Shown: positions 1-10,443, counted from the whole stretch's first letter. The stretch is DNA of 63,822 nt, filler included, from Reclinomonas americana ATCC 50394 (GCA_048213135.1; 11 parts of 11 records of this genome joined end to end with filler, not necessarily neighbours in it); one strand, 5' to 3'. Numbers and translations are program-made. Notes: generated by a model from the letters alone, not told the origin.

Positions 1-46
1 ACGATGACCGCAGTTCGCTCTTGGCTGTCGACTGACTCCCTTGCAG

Positions 47-129
47 TTGCCATCGACTTGATCGTCAAGCACATCACGCTGCTCTTGCAAGAGTTCGAGC
101 AGGGCAGTCTACGTCGGATGCGTTACTGA
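47..129 (+). CDS. Last exon of a uridine/cytidine kinase (5' part outside window)
   Basis: After acceptor ttgcag (45-46) it reads (V)AIDLIVKHITLLLQEFEQGSLRRMRY*. VAIDLIVxHI is the typical C-terminal helix of uridine kinases. Confidence 0.65.
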
Positions 130-380
130 GAGAGCAGAGTGAGCAGCGAGGGCAAGTGAAACGACGATAGATTTGATGCACTGCATGCCTCCGCGATGCA
201 CATTCACCGCGTTTCTGTAGCCACCCGTCTGACCCCCAAAACCTGACGTCACCGCAATTGTGTGCCAAAACTGTATCTGGATTCCCGACAAGCATTGATT
301 CGAATCTTTGTTGTTGTTGTTGTGTGTGAGCGCAGAGCAGAAGGAAGCAAAAGAGAGAGCAGACAGAAGGAGAGAAGAAG

Positions 381-3300
381 ATGCCTCGCGAGATCGTGGA
401 AAGTGAATTCGACGAGTACGTCCGTCGCAATCGACAAGTTGCGTCACACACACTCATCCCACACAGCATCTTGTGAGTGCACTCACACACACACACAGGG
501 CAAAGGCATTCTCGTGGTGGAGTGGTTTGCTGCTTGGCAGTTGCGTCATCCCCCCCTCTCTTCACTCTCTGCTGCGTCTCACACACCCTCCAACCAGTGA
601 ACCATGTCGGAAGATTGAGAGCTCACTGGTGAGCGAAAACACGCGCATCTCTCTGTTGTCGCACACACAGTCACTCACTCCTCCACAGGATCAACTGAGC
701 CGCGACTTTACCGATGTCACCATTGTCAAGGTGTGTGATCACAGACGCAGCAAGAGTGATGACAACTGACTGATCATTCATTGCACTCTCTCAGATCGAC
801 GTGGATCGCTTCCACGACATCTCCGCGCGAAATGGTGTCTCCGCAGTGCCTTGGTGTGTGTCTGTTATATGTGGTCTTATGTGCGAGTACAACGCAGCGA
901 TCTGTGACTGAGTTGTCACGCGCTCTTACAGCTTCTTCATCTACCGTCGCGGGCAGAAGGTGCATCTGATTCGCGGAGCCAAGGTACGCTGTCGTCGGTT
1001 GCTCTGTGTCTCTTTTCTGTCGTTGTCTGTTGGCGGCATCTCCGTGTTATAATGCTCGATCTTGCCCTTCTTCGATCTCGCAGACCTTCCAGGTGGTTCT
1101 GCGTCCACCTTGTGTTGCAGCTCGCTTGTCGTTCACCTTGTCTGCTGTCAGCCTCACTGCTTTGCACTGCAGCTCTCCTTCTCTTTCCCGCCCTTCTGTC
1201 AATCTCGCAGCATCCAGTTGGTTCTGGCTGGCATACAGTACTGATTCTCGCCCTTCAATGCTTCTCTTCCACATTGTGTTGCAGTCGTTCACGTTGCCCT
1301 CAGTCAACCTCCCTGCTCATCCACTTTGCACTGCAGCTCTCCTTCTCTTTCCTGCCCTTCTGTCAATCTCGCAGCATCCAGTTGGTTCTGGCTGGCAACA
1401 GTACTGATTCTCGCCCTTCAATGCTTCTCTTCCACCTTGTGTTGCAGTCGTTCACCTTGCCTTCAGTCACCCTTCCTGCTCGTCCAGTTTGCACTGCTGC
1501 TCTCCTTCTCTTTCGCTTCTGTCAATCTCCCAGACCTTTCAGTTGGTTCTGCGTCTTCTTTCTGTCATCCTTTTCTTTCTCGCTCCTCTTCCACCTAATG
1601 TTGCAGTCGTTCACGTTGCCCTCAGTCAACCTCACTGCTCATCCACTTTGCACTGCTGCTCTCCTTCTCTTTTCCGCCCTTCTGTCAATCTCGCATCTCC
1701 TTTCTGTCAACCTTTTCTTTCTCGCCTTCGATTCCTCCCACTGTTCTTCCCCCTCGCGTTGCAGCTCTCCTCTTGTCCTCCACCTTGCCTTTGCTGTTGT
1801 TCTCACTTTGTGCTCTCTCTCTCTCTCTCCGTGCAGGTCGCCGATCTGGCTCGTGCGATTCGCGCCATTCAACAGCAGGCCGAGCAGCACCAGCCGGAAC
1901 ATCAGTCCAGTTGCGTGACGCATCTCCTTGTCTACGTGGTTGCGTTGCGCAGTCGTTGATTCGTTGTGCAGATGCGCTGACGGAGGACGAGCTGCGGCAC
2001 ATGACGGTGGGTGCACTGAAGGCGCGCTTGCGCCAGCTGGGAGCGCAGCCAGACGAGATCGACGCGTGTGTGGAAAAGCTGCGTTTTGCACGTGCGGTCA
2101 CACGCAGGGGTGCTGAGTTGCTGACCGTCGACCCGTGTGCAGGAGCGAGCTTGTGGCTCTCGCAATGCGCTACCAGGCGCGGTCGGCGCCGCAGAGGACG
2201 TCGGTTCCGCCGCGGTTGCCACGCGGTGTCATGGTCGGTGAATGGTTTGTCGGCCTGTCGCCTGACGATGAGGGACCGCGTGAGGTGTTTGAGGCACATT
2301 TGCGCGCCATGGACTGGTCGTTCACCGACCGACCTGACAATAATCACACGGGCAAGAGTGCGTGGCTGTGTTTGTATATATTTGCGTGTTGCCTACGCCG
2401 TGTGCTGATTTCACTCTGTGGTGCACAGTTTCCCTCCCGCGCTCCGCTCTTGCTCGAATCAGTGCGTCGCCCGCCCTCGTGTTCTCTCTCTGTCCAGTTG
2501 TGTCATGGTGTTGCGGCTGACGTAGTCCCACCCCCTTTTCTGCAGCACACATGAATGTTCCGTATCCGCTGGCGTTTCAAGTTCGCAATCCCGAGTCGCC
2601 AGTGGTCACGCATGCCGGAGCGCCGGAATGGGATGCACCAGAGGGTGCGGTCGTGCTGCCACACTGGGTACGAAGCGACCGCACAGCTGACGGTGTGGTA
2701 CACTGGCACTCACGTTGCGTTGCGTCGTGCAGATGATGAGCAGGCTCCATTTGACGCCCGGTGACGCGGTGCACCTGATGACCGTTCCAGTGCCGCGCGG
2801 CAAGCGGGCGCGAATTCAGGGGCACACCTCGGCGTACGCCAAGCTCGGCGTCGACTTTGAGAGTGTGTGCGTTGAGCTCATGCACTGTGCGCTATGGTCG
2901 TCGTGTGCCAGACACATGCTAATCAACGATGACATGCAGGTTGTCGGCCAAGATGCAGGATTATTTGGTGCTCACTGCCGGTGACCAGCTGGTGCGTGGT
3001 TGTGAGGCGAAGTAAGTGACTTCGAGTGACCACTGACTCGTCATCCTTCTCTCTCTTTCCACGCAGGCCATTGATGCTGGTGACGGTGAACTGGTGCCGT
3101 TTACAGTGCTGGCAGTGCGTCACATGTGTTGTTGTCATTTGTGCAGTCGGTGCGCGTGATCTAACGGTGTGGAGCGTTGCAGGTCGAGTCGGAGGAGGGC
3201 ACGACAGATGTCATTAGTACGCTGGATGTGGATCTGCATCTGGATATTGCACCGCCGCTGGACACGGTACCGTCGCCGCTGGCAAATCAACCAATGGGTG

Positions 3301-3706
3301 AGTGCGACGACAGAGCAGCTGCGCGCGCAGTGAATTGCGGCTCACTCGCGCATTCACCCGCCAGAGTCGCCCATGACTACCGCCGACGGCAGCGAGGACC
3401 CCCTGTTCGTCTCCGCCACCGGCTTCTCGTTCTTCACGCCGGTCGACGCGCTCTTGCTGCGCCCACCACAGGACACGAGTGGCACCGATGTCTCCATGTC
3501 GGAACCGCCACCCCCGCCCCCAGACTCGCGATTCGTGGTGAGTTTCTCTTTCTTCCTCGCAGCGGCTAGCTCTTCTGTTCTTTTTTGTTCGTGCGACCCA
3601 CTCCCGCCGTGGTGCTGGTTGTGTGCAGCAATTGCCGCGCGGGTTCCAGGCATTTACCGGCACCTCACGAAAGTTGTCGGGATCGCAGCCGGCGGTGACA
3701 CGATGA
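381..3706 (+). CDS. Multi-exon fusion: atypical thioredoxin (WHEPC) + SAP/HeH-like domain + UFD1 domain + C-terminal SHP-like box
   Basis: Hand-spliced. Trx: MPREIVESEFDEYVRRNRQ|GKGILVVEWFAAWH|EPCRKIESSL|DQLSRDFTDVTIVK|IDVDRFHDISARNGVSAVPC|FFIYRRGQKVHLIRGAK. SAP-like: LRHMTVGALKARLRQLG..ACVEK|SELVALA. UFD1: GKISLPRSALARITHMNVPYPLAFQV..THAGAPEWDAPEGAVVLPHWMMSRL..DYLVLTAGDQL..DLHLDIAPPLD. SHP-like: FQAFTGTSRKL. Stop TGA at 3704-3706. Confidence 0.8.
1075..1700. repeat. Degenerate ~160-bp tandem repeat (about 4 copies) inside intron 984-1836
   Basis: ccttcaatgcttctcttccac recurs at 1252 and 1415; tttgcactgc..ctctccttctcttt..ttctgtcaatctc recurs four times. Confidence 0.8.
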
Positions 3707-3793
3707 TAATAAGAAGGTGGACGAGACAAGGAGAGGCAATACATCAATCATCATTGTCAATGTCAATGGAGACAATCGTACATTCATCGTTCC

Positions 3794-4043
3794 CTACTTC
3801 CCCTTCACAGGATCCACATCAATGCACAGCACAAACTGCCGCACTCGCTTGCGCAGCCGCTCAACGGCTTCCTCCTCCACCTTCGACTTGGTGTTGTTCA
3901 AGAGGGCACCGGGCTTCTGCATTCTCTTGAACACGTGCGTCGGCGCCACCCAGTAGAACTTGATCTCCTCCTCGCTGCCCAGCAACGCGCGCACCAGAGG
4001 CAGCAAGCCACCCTGACTCCTCTCCGTCAGGACAATGATATCA
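3794..4043 (-). CDS. 3' fragment of a probable Crinkler/RHS-type REase-domain protein (5' part lost in gap)
   Basis: Reads DIIVLTERSQGGLLPLVRALLGSEEEIKFYWVAPTHVFKRMQKPG...RVRQFVLCIDVDPVKGK*. This matches the remembered CR-REase C-terminal pattern H-x-I..GL..L.....(L/F)YFVVP..F...Q.....VxQ(F/Y)VLxI. Confidence 0.5.
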
Positions 4044-4143
4044 NNNNNNNNNNNNNNNNNNNNNNNNNNNNNNNNNNNNNNNNNNNNTTAATTAATTAAN
4101 NNNNNNNNNNNNNNNNNNNNNNNNNNNNNNNNNNNNNNNNNNN
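4044..4143. other. Assembly gap spacer (44 N + TTAATTAATTAA + 44 N). Identical spacers at 9337-9436, 13462-13561, 19404-19503, 22262-22361, 26119-26218, 30584-30683, 36871-36970, 47270-47369, 56705-56804
   Basis: Ten identical 100-bp blocks whose core puts stop codons in all six frames. Confidence 0.98.
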
Positions 4144-5110
4144 GTTGACGAGGAAGAAATACACTCACCTCGCCATGAGAGACGGAGAGGAGATGTGGAG
4201 TGGACTTGAAAGACGTATCATCACATTCGTGTGAGCAATCGCGGTGACACCTGCGGAAAAGCATTGAGAGAGAGAGAGAGGGAGATCGTCCATCGGCGGT
4301 GGAGGGGAGAAACACAAACGAGAGAAAACGTACCACGGGAGATGGTGCGAGCGAAAGAGGCAAAGAGCATCGTGAACGAGCAAGCGTGGGACGTGGTGTT
4401 GTTTACGTCCTACTCGCTAGCGTCCAACAGTCATATTCCCTTTCAGGAGATCCAGCTGCGATCGTCCTTGCTGCGCCGGCTCTTGCAAGCGACAGTGATC
4501 TCGCCTACTGCGTGTGTGCCAGTGAAGCGGAGGAGTGTGTGGGTCTGTGTGAGTAAGTGACATTTCTCCGCAGTGAGACTTCTTGGTGTGCATTCTGGCA
4601 ACTCGCAGTGGATCATCGTCTCTCTCTTTCTCCATCTCTCTTGCTTGCATTCTGTTGCTCTCTGATGATGATAGTGTGCAGCTTCGTCCTTGGAGCTGAC
4701 ATGGAGGTCGTGCCCCAGCAACCGACGGCTGCAGTCATCTCCCATTCTGCTGCTGCTGCAGGTTTGCACGACTGAGTAATCTTGGGGTCCGTTGCGATGG
4801 TTGTACGAGTGTCGAGGTCGGCGGTCGCGAGAGCAAGATCGGCAGCAGAGTGGATCGGAGGACAGCACGCCAGCGGAGGGCGGTTGCTGTGTGTTGTGAC
4901 AATTATCAATCGCATCTTGTGGAGAAACGTGAACTGTATGGCGTGCAGCTGGAGGCCGCCGTTGCGCCGCTTCTCGATCCGATAGCCGAGTTGTGGATTG
5001 AGAATCCAATTGTCAAGCGCTTTTCTACAAACCCACTTTGTTGACAACCTCACACGCTCGTGCACCCCCCGACGGGCACACCAGCGCGCTCGGCTGAGAG
5101 CGTGAACATC

Positions 5111-8100
5111 ATGGCCACGGAAGCCAGCATGCCAGGTGAGCCAGTGAGTGAGCGCGTGATGCATATCTTTGTGGAGTGTGTGGCGTAGGGGTTGGCACAC
5201 TGCATTTATCTTTACGAAGAGCGTTGTTCTATGTATTCGTGTGTGTGCACGTACTGCATGAGGTCCGCGTGTGCTTCTGCATGCGTTGCCGTATTCGACT
5301 TGTGATTTGTGTTATAAGAGACAGAGCGTGCGCGTGTGGGTGAGAGAGAGAGAGAGGGAACATCACCACTGCGTTCACTGTGTTTGTGCGTGTTAGTGTG
5401 TCGCACACACGTTGGCGAACTTGTGATTTAGATTGTGCGTGAGTGCATTCATCATCACTTTACATAACGCAGTTGTCGCAGATGAAATGCCGGAGAACGA
5501 TGACGACGTCCGCACATTGGAGGAAGCGGAGCAACGCGAGGAACTTCTATTTGATGTCGCCAGTCGCGCTAGGAGGGCTGGCAACAACATCTTGGCCTCG
5601 AACTGTTTCGCACGCGTAGCGGCGCTTAGTCGCTTAATCACCGTCCTGAAAGCCACTCCGACTGGTGAGCAGAATTCTCTTTCATGCACGTGAGTTAGTG
5701 GTGTATGATTTGGCTCATCCACAGAGAGAGCGAGAGGCAACATCACTGCATTCACTGTCGATGTGTGTCTGTCTTTGTCGACGAAAAGTCGTATTTCCCG
5801 CAGACGTTTCAGGTTTCCTTACAAAAGTCGTATGTCGCAGAATTGCCGGAGAACGATGATGACGTTCGCACGCTGGAGAGAGCGATGCAGCGCACGACGC
5901 TTCTACTTGATGTCGCCGGTCGTGCTATGGAGGCTGGCAACAACATCCTGGCTGCGAACTGTTTCGCACGCATGTCTGCGCTCAACTACTTAATCAGCGT
6001 CCTGAAAGCCACTCCGACTGTCTCTGCTGGTGAGCCTAATTTTCTTTCGTGTACGTGAATAAGTGGTATACATTTGATTGAGCTCATGCTGCGGAGTGCA
6101 GACGATGGTGACATTGACAACATGCAGTCGAGCGAGGTGGCAATCGACTGGCAGTCGCGTCGCCGTGCAGATCGCGCGCAGCGATGCATTCTTGCCGTGG
6201 TGCGATACATGGCCGCCTGCGACGACCGCAGCGGTGACGACATCTTCTCTGACGAGGCGCTGGCACGAGTGATGGAAGGTATGAATGTGTGTGCGAGTGG
6301 CACGTCGCAGCTTATCGTGTTAACACGAGCATGCTTCAGCGTTCTGTGTGTCCCTCCGACGCGATGTATACGCATTGGAGCCTGTGTTGCATGGCCTGCT
6401 GTTGCCGACGGTGGCGCCTGCGGTGGTGATGGATCGGGTCCGCACCATTCGCCGCCAGGTGAGCGAGGAATCACGAGAGTGGACTGTTGACATGGAACGG
6501 TGAGTGTTCTCCCCACCACCGCCGTGTGACTGATGAACCACTGTGTCTTTCTTTACGTGTGTGAATGGTATGATCGTTGCTGTGTGTCTGTGTGTGCATA
6601 CGTAACAATTTGTATGCATCGTATCTTTGTGTTTCATTATCAATCTCCTCTTTTCCGTGTGTTTTTGTGTTTGTTGCTTTGCAGTGCACTGCGGGCATGG
6701 AAGCATGGCTGTGCGGTTGTCACCGCTGCAGCGACCACCTATCCGCAACGCGGTGCGTGGCAAATGTCATCGTGCACTGACTGCCGTCGTGCTCATAACA
6801 CCGTGACATCAATCGCAGTGTTTTCCATGTCTGAGATCGGTGTGGGAGTGTTCCACTGGTATCCCACCGTCGGCGCCATGCTGCAGTCGCTGCTTTGTGA
6901 GAACAGGGTTCTGCGCATTGACAGCGGTGCGTGGCAGTCCACGTATTGTTTCGAGCTGCGTTGCTGATACTACACGCTGCGAACTGCGCCCGCGCAGGCT
7001 TGCAGGTGGTGGCCTTGTCGCCCGAAGAAGAGGTCGTAGCACCCGTGCTCTTCATCGAGTGCAAGGCCGGTGCGACGTACCGCTCCAGGTGAGACAAACT
7101 CTCGCTGCGGAGAGGCCTAGGGATCTGCGACCGCTATTGTTGATCGAGCCTCTGTCTCTTACGCTCTCTCACACGCGCACTGCTATTTCCATTCACTCTG
7201 AGTATCTTGTGCTCTCTCTCTTGTATCAAGACTTGGTCTCTCATTCTCTCCCACTCGTGCAGTCTTGCCTACTTTCTCGACACTTTCTTTCTCTCTCTCT
7301 CTCGCTTTATCACATATTCACTATGTGCTCGTGCTGCGTTTATCATCTGTGACTTGTCTTCATCTTAGTCTCTCACTCTCCTCCACTCACGCTCATACTC
7401 CTGCACTTGCGCTCATACTCTTACCTTCTTTCTCGACACTTTTTCTTTCTCTCTCACGCTTTATTCACATATTCACTCTCTCTCTCTCTCTCTGTGTGTC
7501 TCTCTCTCTCTCTTTCGTGTTTGTTATGACTGAGCCGTTCCTTTTACCTTAATCTCTCATTCTCTCCCACTCATGCTCACACTCCTGCACCTTGTACTCT
7601 CTCTCTCTCATACGCGGCCCGCGCAGTCATCGCTCCGGCACAGTGAGCGACGAGCATGGCGACCGTGTACGGTCAGCAAACGTCGACTTCTTTCGAGGAG
7701 AATACATGCCGAGAGACATTCCTCTCCTGGAGAACTTGCCGGCAGTGGAAGAAACGATGCCTGTGCGTGGAGCAACAACAACTGCCGACGACGACAGTAG
7801 TGGCACTCAGAATGCAGCCCTCCGATCGACGATGCTTTGCGTTCTCTCTCGCCATCCGGACCTGCACAAGTCGATGCACCAGGCTTGTGGGAACTGGTGG
7901 ATGCTGGCGGCACACATGGATCGCCGTGAGTGGTCGTCGTTGATGACCGCCTTCTGTCTGACCACCGAGTGGTCAATGTCGCTGTTCGTGGTCACACATG
8001 GTGCCAGTGATGTGGAGCCATTGGAGACGCTGCCGTTTGCTTGGTTGCCGTCGCCGTCGTCGGTGGCGATGTGGGAGATGAACGCCGCTCGCGAGTGTCT

Positions 8101-9336
8101 GCCACTGCTGAACATCTCGATTGTCGGCATGTGGAACATGACGCCACGGGGCGACTACCCACAAACAGTGCAGGTCGACTTTTGTGGACGCCAATGTGAG
8201 TTGCCGATTGCACGCACTGTTGTGGCTCATGTGCGAAGACCGTATGACAGTTGTGTGCGTGCGTGCACAGTTGGGGATCGAGAGTCGATGTTTGCGGCCC
8301 TTGCCGGTGTGATGACCTTGTGTAGGGAGGGTGTGACGGATCTGCAGTCTTCACCCGACCACCACATTCTGGAGGCACTGAAGAAAGAAGAAGGTGAGAC
8401 ACTCACAAGGAGAGTCGCATCTGCTGGTGAACTGCTTTTGACTCGTTTGCTGATGACACAGAGAGTGCTGAGACTCCGAGGCCGCCTGCGGTTGCTGCTG
8501 CAAACCGGGAGCAGCAGCCTTCATTCGGCACTACGATGTTCGTGAAGTGCTGCCACTCGTGGCGCGAAGCGAGCCGTGAGATGCGTGTGCTGGAAGAGCT
8601 GCGACGCACAGCGTCGCCGGCCGTGCAACTGCGGCTACCGACACCGATTCGTGTGGACGAAGCGGACTTGTGGTTGCAGCTGCTGCCGAACGATCACGTG
8701 TACACCATCGAGGATCTGCGGATCGTGGTGCGCGATGTGGCGACGGCGCTGCACCATGCACACACCAACGGGTGGGCACACTTGGATGTGAAGCCGGCCA
8801 ACATCATGTACAGTCGACACGAGGTGGCGACACTGATCGACTGGGATCTGGCGCGGTCGTTGCGCGATCGGCAGCGCGGATCAGAGCGGATCGGAACGCG
8901 CCGGTTCATGGTGAGTGGTGGAGGTGAGTTGAGTGCGACACAAAACTCATTGCATGGTCAATCGCAGTCTCCGGAGGCGATCGGCGTCGATCCGTTTGAG
9001 GAGAGCAATTACCCGCCGGGCGGCAAGGCAGACATGTGGAGTCTGGGAGCGACGATTGCCTGTTACGTGGTGGACGAGTTCGGCGTCGTGGTTGACCCGT
9101 TGTGTCACCCTATCGAGCAGGCGGCTGCGGCTGTGGAGGCGGTGCGAGAGTGCGCGCAGGCGCATCCGGGCGAAGACGGATACGCGGAAGTGGCCGAGCT
9201 TGTGGAGTGGCTGATGGAGTTCTGGCCCGCGGACCGACCGACGGCGGAGCAGGTGTTGGAGCATCGCTTTTGTGCGAACGATGGTGAAGATGGCGAGGGT
9301 GAGGGTGGTGAAGATGGTGAGGGTGAGGGTGGTGAA
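5111..9336 (+). CDS. Crinkler-like effector copy 1: duplicated helical N-terminal module + PD-(D/E)xK (REase) domain + atypical protein kinase. True start uncertain; ORF runs into gap
   Basis: Spliced exons 5473-5664 and 5841-6029 (helical repeat), then ..RIDSGLQVVALSPEEEVVAPVLFIECKAG (ExK at 7057-7065) and LHKSMHQACGNWWML..TAFCLTTEWSMSLFVV. Kinase: MFVKCC..ASREMRVLEEL..GWAHLDVKPANIM..LIDWDLA..IGTRRFM|SPE..KADMWSLG..DRPTAEQVLEHRF. Confidence 0.75.
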
Positions 9337-9436
9337 NNNNNNNNNNNNNNNNNNNNNNNNNNNNNNNNNNNNNNNNNNNNTTAATTAATTAANNNNNNNN
9401 NNNNNNNNNNNNNNNNNNNNNNNNNNNNNNNNNNNN

Positions 9437-10443
9437 CTCATTACCCTCATGCTGCTCTCGACACTGCCGCCGGCACCACCACCGAATGTCATGGCGAAGA
9501 TGTTGCGCGGGGTTTGCAGCGTGCAGATCTTGAGGAGGATGACTGACGATTCACTCTGCGCGCAGGGCCAACATGATGACATGGCTGTGGTGTGTCAATG
9601 CGACGTGTGCGCCGTGCTTGCGACAAATACTGGTGTCGAGTCTGCGACAGTTTGAGAGGGAGCACCGAGACGCCGGTTTCTGCTTGCAGGATATTGACTT
9701 TGGGTCGGAGAGGTGCGTGGCGATCGCGTGGGAGAGATGGGAGAGGGGAAGTGTCTGATCGAAACGAGGCGTGAGTGCCTGCAGGTTCATGGCATTGGAG
9801 AGTGGCCAGCGACGGCGGTTGCAGTTGCCTGTGGGCAATCTCACGGCGTTGTCGGCGTGCTTGCAAGAACTGACGCTTGGCGACTCGCCTGAGGCGAGGG
9901 CTGCGGACATGGAGACGCTGGAGGAGCTGGATATTACAACGTTGAGCACGGTGCTGCTGTACTTTTACTATCGGAGGGATGCGCAAGATGCGATGTCGGC
10001 GCAGCCATTGGTGGCGGATCCGCTGATCGTTACGCGGAGGGGGGAGCGATGGTGGTCTTCCTTAAGCTTGTTGTCTCTCTCTCTCTCTCTCTCGCTGCTT
10101 GTCTTCTCGCTCGCCCTGTTTTTTCTCGCGCGCCACTTATCCAGATCCGCTGACTCACCACGCACCACCCGCCATGCAGAGACAAGCCATTGACGCCATA
10201 CGTGTCTCGCGCAACGTGGTTCGGCACGCTACAGCGCTCTCCGTGGAGCACAATCAGTTGATTCAGTTCATCCGCAACTCGCACACGCTGGTGAACCTGG
10301 CCTTCACTCTGCATCTGTGCGAATTGGCGTGCAAGAACCGATGGATGGCATGTCTGCACACGGCAGAGCTTGCGGTGCAGGAGACTGACGAGGATCAGGA
10401 GGAGGCGGTAATGAGGCGGAAGGGGTGTGCGGAATGGTGCTGA
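9437..10443 (+). CDS. HEPN-domain (DZIP3/Swt1-like) putative RNase; 5' end in gap
   Basis: Spliced with introns 9502-9565, ~9713-9784 and 10029-10179: ..ANMMTWLWCVNATCAPCLRQIL..LEELDITTLSTVLLYF..PLVADPLI|RQAIDAIRVSRNVVRHATALSVEHNQL. R-N-x3-H motif at 10210-10227; DITxL motif at 9930. Confidence 0.65.

Noticed and set aside
4088..4099. Recurrent TTAATTAATTAA palindrome as a biological repeat or CRISPR-like element
   Set aside because: Always centred in exactly 44 N on each side; an artificial six-frame-stop gap spacer.
4144..5110. Upstream exons of REase-kinase copy 1 or of the minus-strand REase gene
   Set aside because: Plausible exons exist on both strands, but I could not build a reliable phase-consistent model.
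6340..6500. TGA conserved in both copies after ..VDC as possible stop-codon reassignment or selenocysteine
   Set aside because: That is the wrong frame. The spliced frame (AFCVSLRRDVYALEP..WTVDMER) is open, and other genes end normally in TGA, TAA or TAG.
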